NCBI RefSeq assembly: GCF_023700745.1
Contig: NZ_JAMPYG010000004.1
Coordinates: 1,629 to 65,628 of the forward strand
Direction: 5' to 3'
Source: Rhodoferax sp.
GTDB taxonomy: Bacteria > Pseudomonadota > Gammaproteobacteria > Burkholderiales > Burkholderiaceae_C
Length of the DNA: 64,000 nucleotides
Positions 1 through 9,800 of the stretch are shown piece after piece. Every line of letters starts with the position of its first letter. The first letter of the stretch is position 1. A program made the position numbers and the translations under genes. Below the pieces are notes generated by a model, which did no database searches, had not been told where the DNA came from, and saw only the letters and a program-made list of their open reading frames with translations.

Positions 1-243
1 CAGGAAGTCACGCTGTTTTCCATCATCACCAACCTGATGCACTTCGGCATGACCATCGTTGGCCTGCCTTACAGCTATCAGGGTCAGATGACGCTCGATG
101 AGATCGTCGGCGGCAGCCCCTACGGTGCCACCACGATCGCCGGTGGCCAGGGCCAGCGTCAACCCAGCGCCATTGAGCTGGACGGGGCCCGCTTTCAGGG
201 CAGGTTGATCGCCGAGACCGCCAACAAGTTGTTCGGCGCCTGA
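1..243 (+). CDS. wrbA: WrbA-type NAD(P)H:quinone oxidoreductase, C-terminal fragment (5' end outside window)
   Basis: Frame 1 is open from base 1 to TGA at 241-243. The tail [38 protein letters not shown] resembles the conserved WrbA C-terminus. Confidence 0.7.
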   Translation, partial: QEVTLFSIITNLMHFGMTIVGLPYSYQGQMTLDEIVGGSPYGATTIAGGQGQRQPSAIELDGARFQGRLIAETANKLFGA

Positions 244-450
244 GCGCGCCTGAACCGGCAGGCCCGGCGCTGCCCCAAGGCCACGACGTTGGCCATGTCA
301 AGAGTGCATTGGGGTCCATGCCCGGGTTTGATTGTTCCTAAATTGGATCAATCATATCCATATCAAGGGATTCTCAATTTCATTGTTGACAAATAAACTT
401 CATCCATCGCAACACCCTAAGTTCATCTCAACTTTTAAAGGAATCCCATC

Positions 451-858
451 ATGTCCACAGCCATTCAAAACCCGCTTAACCTGGCCGCCCGCCTGCTCAT
501 GGTCGCCTTGTTCCTGCCCGCCGGCATCGGCAAGCTCACCGGCTTTGCCGGCACCGTGGGGTATATCGCTTCGGTGGGTTTGCCACTGCCCACTCTGGCA
601 GCCGCCGTAGCCATGATCGTTGAAATTGTCGGTAGCCTGGCACTGCTGGCGGGTTTCGGTACCCGCATCGCGGCCTTGGTGCTGGCGGCATTCACGCTGG
701 TGGCCAGCTTTTTCTTCCACGCTTACTGGGGTGTTCCTGCCGATCAGGCTTTCATGCAGCAACTGCTGTTTTACAAGAACATGGCCGTGGTCGGTGGCTT
801 GCTGGCGATTGCCGCCAATGGCGCAGGCGCCTGGAGTCTCGATTCGCGCCGCGCTTGA
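451..858 (+). CDS. DoxX family membrane protein
   Basis: 135 aa with about four hydrophobic helices and a DoxX-like pattern (LFLPAGIGKL..GLPLP..IVEIVGSLALLAG..FFFHAYW..KNMAVVGGLL). ATG at 451 is preceded by AAAGGAA. Confidence 0.8.
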   Translation: MSTAIQNPLNLAARLLMVALFLPAGIGKLTGFAGTVGYIASVGLPLPTLAAAVAMIVEIVGSLALLAGFGTRIAALVLAAFTLVASFFFHAYWGVPADQAFMQQLLFYKNMAVVGGLLAIAANGAGAWSLDSRRA

Positions 859-915
859 ATCTGGTTTTTGAAGAACGCCTGAACCCGCCAGGGTGCCGAT
901 GCGCATCCTGGCCTG

Positions 916-1809
916 ATGAAAAATTTGCACATGAATACCACCACGAACAAGCCCAGTGTTGAGGTCACGCGCACGGTTGAGCGGCTGGTTGCCGGCCAAG
1001 CCACCTCGGACGGTGCTGGCGTCAAGCTCAACCGCGTGCTGACGCAGAACCTGCAGCATCGGCTCGATCCTTTCCTGATGCTCGATGCTTTTGGCAGCGA
1101 CCAGGCTGACGACTATATCGCCGGCTTTCCCGACCACCCGCACCGCGGTTTCGAGACCATTACCTACATGATTGCCGGGCGCATGTTGCACCGTGACAGC
1201 GCCGGCCATGAAGGCCTGCTGGAGAACGGCGGGGTGCAGTGGATGACCGCCGGCAAGGGCGTGATCCATTCCGAGATTCCGCAGCAGGAAGAAGGTGTGA
1301 TGGAGGGGTTTCAGCTCTGGCTGAATTTGCCCAAGCGCGACAAGATGAACACGCCCTGGTACCGCGACTTCAAGGCCGATGAGTTGCCCAAGTTCACCAC
1401 GGCAGAAGGTGTGGTTGTCACCGTGATTGCCGGCGCCAGTCATGGCGTGCACGGTGCCGTGACGCGCGATGCCACGCAGCCCAATTACCTGGATCTGCAT
1501 TTGCCGGGTGGCTCGCATTTTGCCCAGCAGTTGCCGGCCGGTCACAATGCTTTTGTGTATGTCTACCGCGGTGAGGTCAGCATTGCCGGCAAGGCGGTGC
1601 CTGCTCAGCGCATGGCCATACTGGCCAATGCGGCGCAGGCCGATGGGGTCGTGATCGAGGCCAGCGTGGACGCCAGGGTGTTGCTGGTTTCAGGCCAGCC
1701 CCTGAAGGAACCGATCGTTCAGTACGGCCCTTTTGTGATGAACTCGCAGGATGAGATTTACCAGGCGCTGAGCGATTTCCGCGATGGCCGGCTCGGGGAA
1801 ATCGCCTGA
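916..1809 (+). CDS. pirin family protein (bicupin)
   Basis: Pirin signature HPHRGFETITYMIAGRMLHRDS..WMTAGKGVIHSE. The length fits a two-cupin pirin. An alternative ATG lies at 931. Confidence 0.85.
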   Translation: MKNLHMNTTTNKPSVEVTRTVERLVAGQATSDGAGVKLNRVLTQNLQHRLDPFLMLDAFGSDQADDYIAGFPDHPHRGFETITYMIAGRMLHRDSAGHEGLLENGGVQWMTAGKGVIHSEIPQQEEGVMEGFQLWLNLPKRDKMNTPWYRDFKADELPKFTTAEGVVVTVIAGASHGVHGAVTRDATQPNYLDLHLPGGSHFAQQLPAGHNAFVYVYRGEVSIAGKAVPAQRMAILANAAQADGVVIEASVDARVLLVSGQPLKEPIVQYGPFVMNSQDEIYQALSDFRDGRLGEIA

Positions 1810-1821
1810 GAGAGCACCACC

Positions 1822-2703
1822 ATGACCGAACTTCTGCGCCTGAGCGGCCGTGTGAGCGACCTGGCTGAAGGTCTGACAGTGCGCCGCATCCTGCCCTCGG
1901 CAGCCCGGCGCGCGGTCGGGCCCTTTGTGTTCTTTGATCACTTCGGCCCCGTCACCCTGCAGGCCAGCACTGACAGTGATGTTGGCGGCCACCCGCACAT
2001 TGGCTTGGCGACGGTGAGTTATTTATTTGAGGGCAGTCTCCTGCACCGTGACAGTCTGGGAACGGTGCAGACCATCACACCGGGCGCCATCAACTGGATG
2101 ACGGCCGGGCGCGGCATCGTGCACAGCGAGCGTGTGACGGATGCGCAACGTGGCAAGTCACGCCGCCTGCACGGTTTGCAGCTCTGGGTGGCACTGCCAC
2201 CGGCACGCGAAACATGTGACCCGGCTTTTCAGCATGTGCCAGCGGCCGATCTGCCCACGCTGGAGCAAAACGACGGCATCCTCATCCGCGTGCTGGTCGG
2301 CGCGGCCTTTGGCGTGCAAAGCCCGGTGCTGACCGCGTCGCCCACCCTTTACCTAGACCTGCAGTTGGCCGCACACCGTGAATGGACGCTGCCACCACTG
2401 GCCGCCGAGATGGCGCTCTACAGCCCGGAGCACAGCCTTCAAGTCAACGGTCAGGCGATGGCGGCACAGGAGATGGCCGTGCTGCCCACCCACTCAGGCG
2501 CAACACTGCGCCCCGGCCCGCGTGGCGCGCGGCTGGTGGTGATTGGTGGCGCGCCACTGGCACAGCCGGTACGCATGTGGTGGAACTTCGTGGCATCGGA
2601 TCGGGAGCGCATTGCCGAAGCAGCCAGGCGCTGGGCGGATGGCGGCTTTGCGACCATCCCGGGTGAGATCGATCGAATTGCTGCGCCACCGTGGCGCGGA
2701 TAA
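1822..2703 (+). CDS. pirin family protein (second, divergent copy)
   Basis: GGHPHIGLATVSYLFEGSLLHRDSLG..WMTAGRGIVHSE. ATG at 1822 lies 12 nt after the upstream stop. Confidence 0.85.
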   Translation: MTELLRLSGRVSDLAEGLTVRRILPSAARRAVGPFVFFDHFGPVTLQASTDSDVGGHPHIGLATVSYLFEGSLLHRDSLGTVQTITPGAINWMTAGRGIVHSERVTDAQRGKSRRLHGLQLWVALPPARETCDPAFQHVPAADLPTLEQNDGILIRVLVGAAFGVQSPVLTASPTLYLDLQLAAHREWTLPPLAAEMALYSPEHSLQVNGQAMAAQEMAVLPTHSGATLRPGPRGARLVVIGGAPLAQPVRMWWNFVASDRERIAEAARRWADGGFATIPGEIDRIAAPPWRG

Positions 2704-2718
2704 CGCAGACTGCGTCAG

Positions 2719-3501
2719 TCAGTCCAGCGTGGCATTGGCAAGCGCATACCAGGCCAGTTCCTGGTGCAGCTTGACCACTTCGCCAATGATCGTCAGGCAC
2801 GGTGATTTCAGACCGGCTTGCGCCACCCGCTCTGCCATGTTCGACAAGGTACCGGTGACAACCACCTGGGTCGGCATGCTGCCGTCCTGAACCACGGCAA
2901 TGGGCAGGTCGGGCGCCGCCCCATGCAGCACCATCTGCCTGCATATATCGGGCAAGCCACTCAGTCCCATGTAAATGACCACCGTCTGATTGGATCTGAC
3001 CAGACTGGGCCAGTCCAGGTCGGCCGTGCCATCCTTGAGGTGACCGGTGACAAACAGGCAACGCTGCGCGTAATCGCGGTGCGTGAGCGGAATGCCCGCA
3101 TAACACGCCACCCCGGCAGCGGCCGTCACGCCGGGCACCACTTCAAATGCCACCCCGGCGGAGACCAGCGCCTGGAGTTCTTCGCCGCCGCGGCCAAAAA
3201 TGAAGGGATCGCCGCCCTTGAGACGCACCACCTGCTTGCCCTCGCGGGCCAGCTTCACCAGCAGGGCGTTGATCTGCGCCTGGCGCAGGGTGTGCTCATT
3301 GCGCCGTTTGCCAGCGTAGATGCGCTCGGCCTTGGGCGACACAAATTCAAGCACGCCATCGGACACCAGGTTGTCATAAACGACCACATCGGCTTGCTGG
3401 AGCAGGCGCACGGCGCGCAGCGTCAACAGCTCGGGCTCACCCGGGCCGGCGCCCACCAGATAGACACATCCGCCAGGGCACGCAGTGTGTGTTTCCGTCA
3501 T
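2719..3501 (-). CDS. cobA: uroporphyrinogen-III C-methyltransferase (SUMT)
   Basis: VYLVGAGPGEPELLTLRAVRLLQQADVVVYD and GKQVVRLKGGDPFIFGRGGEE motifs. I prefer ATG at 3501 (TGATG overlap with the upstream stop) to the GTG at 3540 used by the ORF track. Confidence 0.85.
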   Translation of the reverse strand: MTETHTACPGGCVYLVGAGPGEPELLTLRAVRLLQQADVVVYDNLVSDGVLEFVSPKAERIYAGKRRNEHTLRQAQINALLVKLAREGKQVVRLKGGDPFIFGRGGEELQALVSAGVAFEVVPGVTAAAGVACYAGIPLTHRDYAQRCLFVTGHLKDGTADLDWPSLVRSNQTVVIYMGLSGLPDICRQMVLHGAAPDLPIAVVQDGSMPTQVVVTGTLSNMAERVAQAGLKSPCLTIIGEVVKLHQELAWYALANATLD

Positions 3502-3842
3502 CACGGATGAGGGGTTGACTTGCGGTCGATTTCGTGACACACCGCCTCACAAATCGACACGATGCGCTGATCAATGATGCGGTAAAAAATTTGCACACCC
3601 TCGCGGCGCTTGCCCAGGATACCGGCCTGGTACAGGGTATTGAGATGCTGCGACATATTGGGCTGCGTGGTGTCCACCTGTGTCAGCAGGTAGCTGACAT
3701 TTTTTTCGCCATCGCACAGGCAATTGATGATCTTGAGCCGCATGGGCGCCGACATGACACGAAACAAGTCAGCAGCCGACTCAAACGTCTGATCGGTTTT
3801 GAGTGTTTTTGGCTTATCCGTGGAAGTCGGCTGAAGTGGCAT
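3501..3842 (-). CDS. ArsR/SmtB family transcriptional regulator
   Basis: 113 aa. Winged-HTH core MRLKIINCLCDGEKNVSYLL..QPNMSQHLNTLYQAGILGKRREGVQIFYRI. ATG at 3842. Confidence 0.8.
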   Translation of the reverse strand: MPLQPTSTDKPKTLKTDQTFESAADLFRVMSAPMRLKIINCLCDGEKNVSYLLTQVDTTQPNMSQHLNTLYQAGILGKRREGVQIFYRIIDQRIVSICEAVCHEIDRKSTPHP

Positions 3843-3895
3843 GACGCAGTGTCCTTATGGCTCATGGAGCTCGGGTGAAATCTGTTCTTGAAGCT

Positions 3896-3939
3896 ATCAA
3901 AAGTTTACTCGCAACTTGCAACAAACTTACATTTTTGAT
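3896..3939. promoter_or_regulatory. imperfect inverted repeat in AT-rich region upstream of the ArsR-family gene (candidate operator/promoter)
   Basis: ATCAAAAGTTT (3896-3906) is complementary to AAACTT..TTTTGAT (3923-3939), with a 5-nt bulge. It sits 54-97 nt upstream of the ATG at 3842. Confidence 0.3.
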
Positions 3940-3946
3940 TTTACGT

Positions 3947-5572
3947 TCAAGCCGGACTGGACCTGAGCGTGCGGCTCAACATGATCACCGGAATCAAGCC
4001 GACCAGTACCAGCACCAGCGACGGCAGCGCCGCTTCACCCAGACGCTCGTCGCGCGCCAGCTGGTAAGCCACCACGGCCAGGGTGTCGCTGTTGAAGGGA
4101 CGCAGCACCAGGGTGGCGGGCAACTCCTTCATCACATCGACAAACACCAGCAACAAGGCACCCGCGGTGGAGCGCCTGAGCAGCGGCCAGTGCACCCGTT
4201 TCAACAGCCCCCATTCGCCACTGCCCAGCATGCGTGCGGAGTCGTCAAAACTGGCCGGGATACGGGCATAGCCGCTTTGCACCGACTGCAGTGCCACCGC
4301 ACAAAAGCGCACCAGATAGGCCCACACCAGACCCAGCGCCGTGGCGGTCATGAGGTAACCCGCACCGCTCCCGGGCCAGCGGGCCTGCAACCAGCCCACG
4401 GGCAGCAGCAGGCCAACCACAATCACTGCGCCAGGGACCGCATAACCCAGGCCCGCCAGTTGCACCGCCCAGCGGGTGGGCGCATCAGGGCGGCGCCGTA
4501 CGCTGAACGCCAGCACCAAAGCCAGGGCAACCGCCAGCACCGCGCTGATCAAACCCAAACGCACGCTATTCAGGGCCCAGCCTGAAAATGAGCCCCAGGA
4601 CAGCACCGACCAATCGGCAATCAGTGGCCGCAGCATGAACAACACCGGCAACACAAAGCCGGCCAGCACCGGCAAGCCACACAGCAGCCAGGCCAGACCC
4701 AGCTGCCCGCCCGTGAGGTGCTGCGCCCGCGCATCCATGGACCCGGCCCGGGCGCCGCGGCTGGCCGCAAAGCGCAATTTTTGGCGGGAACGGCGCTCCA
4801 GAAACAGCAGCAGCGCCACCATCACCAGCAGCATGGTGGACAACTGGGCCGCAGCCAGGCGGTTGTCCATTGAAAGCCAGGCCTTGTAGATGCCCGCGGT
4901 AAAAGTTTGAATGCCAAAGTAGCTCGATACGCCAAAGTCGGCCAGGGTTTCCATCAGGGCCAGCGCGGTACCAGCCGCCACCGCCGGACGCGCCAGTGGC
5001 AAGGCGATCTCGAACATGCGCCGGCGCATGGGCGCGCCGAGCAGGCGGGCAGCCTCCATCAACTGCGCCGCCCGTTCACTGAGGGCGGTGCGCGCCAGCA
5101 AATAGACATAGGGGTAGAGCGAAAAGATGAACACCCAGGCGGCACCGCCCAGGTTGCGCACTTCGGGAAACACCCTGCCCTGCCAGCCCGTGAGTTCGCG
5201 AACCATGGTTTGAAACGGGCCGCTGAACTGCAAAAAGTCGGTGTAGGCATAAGCCACCACGTAAGCCGGCATGGCCAGCGGCAACAGCAACGCCCACTCA
5301 AAAAACCGCCTTCCGGCAAAATCAAACAACGTGACCGCCGCCGCACAAGACAAGCCCACCACCACCACCCCGACACCCACCAGCACACTCAGGACGAGCG
5401 TCGTCCCCAGGTAATCAGGCAACACGGTTTGCGCCATCTCACGCAGGATTTGCCAGGCCGCACTGTCGGCGTCGCCCATGGACAACCAGGAAACCATCAC
5501 GGCCAACACCGGGAGCATGAAGACCGCCGTCAACAGCAAAAACAAAAACTGACGCAGTCTGAGCAAGCGCAT
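3947..5572 (-). CDS. ABC transporter permease, duplicated two-domain type (FbpB/ThiP-like, iron(III)-type)
   Basis: 541 aa with about 12 hydrophobic segments in two repeated halves, typical of the fused iron(III)/thiamine-type permeases. ATG at 5572. Confidence 0.8.
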   Translation of the reverse strand: MRLLRLRQFLFLLLTAVFMLPVLAVMVSWLSMGDADSAAWQILREMAQTVLPDYLGTTLVLSVLVGVGVVVVGLSCAAAVTLFDFAGRRFFEWALLLPLAMPAYVVAYAYTDFLQFSGPFQTMVRELTGWQGRVFPEVRNLGGAAWVFIFSLYPYVYLLARTALSERAAQLMEAARLLGAPMRRRMFEIALPLARPAVAAGTALALMETLADFGVSSYFGIQTFTAGIYKAWLSMDNRLAAAQLSTMLLVMVALLLFLERRSRQKLRFAASRGARAGSMDARAQHLTGGQLGLAWLLCGLPVLAGFVLPVLFMLRPLIADWSVLSWGSFSGWALNSVRLGLISAVLAVALALVLAFSVRRRPDAPTRWAVQLAGLGYAVPGAVIVVGLLLPVGWLQARWPGSGAGYLMTATALGLVWAYLVRFCAVALQSVQSGYARIPASFDDSARMLGSGEWGLLKRVHWPLLRRSTAGALLLVFVDVMKELPATLVLRPFNSDTLAVVAYQLARDERLGEAALPSLVLVLVGLIPVIMLSRTLRSSPA

Positions 5573-5611
5573 GTAGGGATAAATGGGTTAAAAGAGCAAA
5601 TGCGAATTGTA

Positions 5612-5630
5612 GGCATTTACAATCATTTTC
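5612..5630. promoter_or_regulatory. weak Fur-box-like sequence in the 58-bp divergent intergenic region
   Basis: GGCATTTACAATCATTTTC matches 13 of 19 positions of GATAATGATAATCATTATC by hand alignment. It also contains AATTGTA-N6-TACAAT dyad symmetry. Confidence 0.25.
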
Positions 5631-6788
5631 ATGTTTCTAGAAGTCTCTCAGCTCAGTGTCACCTATGCCGGTCAAAGCAGTCCGGCCGTGCAGAACGTGT
5701 CTTTCGGCCTTCGTGCCGGGGATATTGGCGTGCTGATCGGGCCGTCGGGTTGCGGCAAAACCACGCTGTTGCGCGCGGTGGCCGGGTTGGAGCAAGCCAG
5801 CGCAGGTGTCATCCGACTCGGGGGTGAGGTGGTAAGCCAGGCCGGCCAGTCGCTGCCGCCGGAGTTGCGCCATGTGGGCATGGTGTTCCAGGACTACGCG
5901 CTGTTTCCCCACTTGAGCATTGGCCGCAACGTGGCCTTTGGCATTGCGCATTTGCCGCGTGCCGAGCGCCAGGCCCGGGTGGCCGAGGTGCTGGCGCTGG
6001 TGGGTCTGGAGGGGCAGGAGAAACGCTTCCCCCACGAGCTCTCGGGGGGACAACAACAGCGCGTGGCGCTGGCGCGCGCACTCGCGCCCGGACCGCGCTT
6101 GTTGTTGCTCGACGAGCCTTTTTCAAACCTTGATGTGGACTTGCGCGAGCGGCTTGCCTACGAGGTGCGCGGCATCCTCAAGGCGGCCCATGCCACAGCC
6201 CTGTTTGTCACCCACGACCAGCTGGAGGCTTTTGCTGTGGGCGACACCATTGGCGTCATGCACGAGGGCCAGTTGCACCAGTGGGACAACGCCTACACGC
6301 TTTACCACCGTCCGGCCTCGCGCTTTGTCGCCGAGTTCATCGGCCATGGCGTTTTTACCCCGGCGGTGATCCGCGACGTGGCAGGCCAGGTGGTGGTGCA
6401 AACGCCGCTGGGCAACCTGTCGGACATGGCCGAGTGCCCGCTGCCCTGCGCCTACTCGAACGGTGCCTGTGATGTATTGCTGCGCGCCGACGACATCGTG
6501 CACGACGACGATGCGCCGGTCAAGGCGCAGATCATGCGCAAGGCGTTTCGCGGTGCCGAATTCCTGTACACGCTGCGCCTGGCCACAGGCGAAACCGTGA
6601 TGGCGCTGGTGCCCAGTCATCATGACCATTCCCTGGGCGAGTGGATTGGCATTCGCGCCCAGGTTGACCATGTGGTGACCTTCAACCGCGACTGCCCGCA
6701 GCACGACGGCCGCATGTGCCGCATGCCCTGCGAGTACACCGTGCGACCGGCCGAGCTGGTGCAGCACCCAGAAAAATATTCGATTTGA
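5631..6788 (+). CDS. ABC transporter ATP-binding protein (FbpC/PotA-like with C-terminal regulatory domain)
   Basis: Walker A GPSGCGKTT, signature LSGGQQQRVALARAL, Walker B LLLLDEPFSNLD, and H-loop FVTHDQ. Confidence 0.88.
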   Translation: MFLEVSQLSVTYAGQSSPAVQNVSFGLRAGDIGVLIGPSGCGKTTLLRAVAGLEQASAGVIRLGGEVVSQAGQSLPPELRHVGMVFQDYALFPHLSIGRNVAFGIAHLPRAERQARVAEVLALVGLEGQEKRFPHELSGGQQQRVALARALAPGPRLLLLDEPFSNLDVDLRERLAYEVRGILKAAHATALFVTHDQLEAFAVGDTIGVMHEGQLHQWDNAYTLYHRPASRFVAEFIGHGVFTPAVIRDVAGQVVVQTPLGNLSDMAECPLPCAYSNGACDVLLRADDIVHDDDAPVKAQIMRKAFRGAEFLYTLRLATGETVMALVPSHHDHSLGEWIGIRAQVDHVVTFNRDCPQHDGRMCRMPCEYTVRPAELVQHPEKYSI

Positions 6789-6861
6789 CTGACATTTGTG
6801 TTCAGGCATCAGCAGGAACGCATGTAGCATGACAAGCTGCTATTTCAAAATGTCAGTCAAA
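6784..6861. repeat. perfect 14-bp inverted repeat with 50-nt spacer spanning the whole intergenic region
   Basis: TTTGACTGACATTT (6784-6797) and AAATGTCAGTCAAA (6848-6861) are exact reverse complements. The left arm overlaps the ATPase stop codon. The right arm ends 2 nt before the next ATG. Confidence 0.6.
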
Positions 6862-6863
6862 AG

Positions 6864-9800
6864 ATGTCCACTCATTGGCAACCGAATAAATTAGTCGCAC
6901 CGTTGGTCACGCTGACCATGCTGGGGGTCACGGCTGGCTATTGGGCCAACGAGGAAAGTGAGTTGCTTGCTAAGCGTCAGCAAGTTTTTCAGGAGGCCGC
7001 CAATCTGGTCACACAAAACATTGACCAAAGCATTTCAAATATCAATGTGGTACTGCGCGGCGTCAAGGGGCTGTACGAGAGCTCCAGTGAGGTAACGCGC
7101 AGCGACTTTCGACAGTACTACAAGTCGCTGGAATTGGAACATATAAGGCACAGCCTGCAGGGGCTTGCCATCGCCGTCCGGGTGTCCCAGGCACACAAGC
7201 CCCGCCACCTTGCTGAGATGAACAGCCTCGGTATTTCCGACTACCGGATCAAGCCGGAAGGAGAACGCGCCCAATATGCACCGATTGTTTTGATTGAGCC
7301 TTTTGAGGGCAGCAATGTCAAAGCGCTTGGATTTGACGTTACGTCCAACCCTGGCTCGCTAGACGCACTGGAAAGGGCGCGCGACACGGGAGAGATGGCA
7401 TTGACCGGTCGCATCAAACTGGTGCAAGACGACACGGATGCTTTGTCAGCCGTTGTCATGTATGTACCCATTTACGCCAAAGACGGACGCATCGGTACGC
7501 AAGAGGGGCGCCGTGAGGCGCTGGTTGGTTGGGTCAGCGGCCCTTTTCACATACACAACCTGTTGCGCAGCATGGAACAACAGATTCCAGACGATGTTGG
7601 TTTTGACATTTATGAAGGCGAAGCAGCGTTGCCGGGGGCGCAACTTGTTGGCTGGAAAACTGCGTCCGGTGTAACAGACCCGACATCTGAGCTGAACATC
7701 ACCCGAACGCTGGAGATGGGTGGCAAGCGCTGGACCCTGGTCTTTCGCACACTGCCGGCATTTGAAAACAACTTTAACAACACACATGCACATTCGTTGA
7801 TCGCCCTCATGGGCATCGCACTGAGTTTCTTGCTGGGTTGGCTGTCCTGGCTCCTCTTGACCGGGCGTGAACGGGCCGTTGTACTGGCCAGCAAAATGAC
7901 GCAGGAATTACGCCAGACCCAGGCCGAGCTGGAAGCCACGCTGGATGCCGTGCCTGATGTTTTGTTCGAAGTCGATCTGGCGGGGCGTTATCACGCGTTT
8001 CGTACCTCCCGGCTCAACCTGTTGGCGGTTCCGCCAGAAATGTTTTTGGGCAAGTTGATCTCCGAAGTCCTGCCTGCACAGGCCTCCTTGATTTCCCGCG
8101 ACGCCTTGCAGGAGGCCAATGCCAATGGCTTTTCCATAGGGCAACAAATCGAGATTCCGATTGGCGGCGAGCTCCACTGGTTTGAGCTCTCCATTGCCCG
8201 CAAAAATGACATCGGTGCCGGCGAGCCCCGTTTCATCGTGATTTCGCGTGATATCACGGAACGCAAGAAAAGTGAGGAGCAATTGCGACTTGGCGCGCAG
8301 ATGTTCACCTCCAGCCGCGATGGCATCGTGATCACCGATGCACGCAACCGTGTGCTCTCGGTCAATCCGGCGTTCACGACCATTACCGGCTACAGCGAAG
8401 CCGAAACCATTGGCCGCTCTCCCGGCTTCCTTAAATCCGGTCGACACGACCAGGCCTTCTATGCTGCGATGTGGCAGGACATCCAGACGGATGGCTATTG
8501 GCAGGGAGAGTTATGGAACAAACGCAAAAATGGGGTCATTTATCCGGAGTGGCTGTCCATCAGTGCCGTCAAAGACGCTTCGGGAAGTATTACCAGCTAC
8601 ATCGGCATCCTGTCAGACCTCACCGACAGGAAAGCTGACCAGGAGCGCATTGCTTACCTGGACCACTATGACAAACTGACCCAGCTGCCCAATTCTGATC
8701 TCTTGTTTGACCGAGCCGCCCTTGCGCTGGCAACCGCCAAACGCACCAGCGGCCGCGTGTCCATGTTGTTTCTTGACATCGACCGTTTCCAGTACATCAA
8801 CGACTCACTTGGCCGGTCTGTGGGTGATCAGGTTTTGCGGACGATTGCCACCCGCCTGGTCAGGAACTTGCAGGCCGATGACACCGTGTGCCGGCACAGC
8901 GCTGATGAATTTATCTTGCTTCTGCCCAATACCAGCGCCCACGGCGCGGCACACGCGGCCAGTCGAATGTTGGCCATCATCAAAGAGCCTGTGGTGCTTG
9001 ACAGCGGGCAGGAGCTACGGCTGACAGCCAGCGTCGGGGCAGCCATTTACCCCGACAACGGCACTGACCTTGAAAAATTGACGCAGTGTGCCGGTGCCGC
9101 CTTGAAGCAGGCCAAACTCAACGGCCGAGACAACTTCAAGTTTTTTACCGAACAAATGCATGGGCAGGTGAACGACATCTTGCTCATCGAGAATCAGCTC
9201 CGCCAAGCGCTGTCCAAGGGGGAACTGCTGCTTTACTACCAACCGCAAGTCGATGCTCTGACTTGTCGGATGATTGGCGCAGAAGCACTGATACGTTGGC
9301 AGCACCCTGAATGGGGCCTGGTCTTGCCAAGCCGCTTTATTCCCATTGCGGAAAACAGCGGTCAGATCCTGGCGATCGGTGACTGGGTTTTGCGCACGGC
9401 AGTACAGCAGGTCGCCAGCTGGCAACGCGAAGGTCTGTCCGTTGTCCCCGTGGCAGTCAATTTATCGGCGCTCCAGTTTCACCAGTCCACCTTGTGTGAA
9501 ACAGTAGGTGCGGCCTTGCAGAACAGCCAGTTGTCGCCTGCGCTTCTGGAACTGGAATTGACCGAGCGCATTGCCATGGAGGATTCCAGCTTGGCAGTTG
9601 AGCAGATAAGAAAGCTGCATGCCATGGGTGTCACGTTGTCGATTGACGACTTCGGCACCGGGTATTCCTCTTTGAGTTACCTCAAGCTCTACCAAATCGA
9701 CAAACTCAAGATTGACCAGTCATTTGTGCGCGAGTTGGGGCATGATGACAATGACGGCGCCATTGTGCGAGCGATCATCAATATGTCCCACGGGCTTGGA

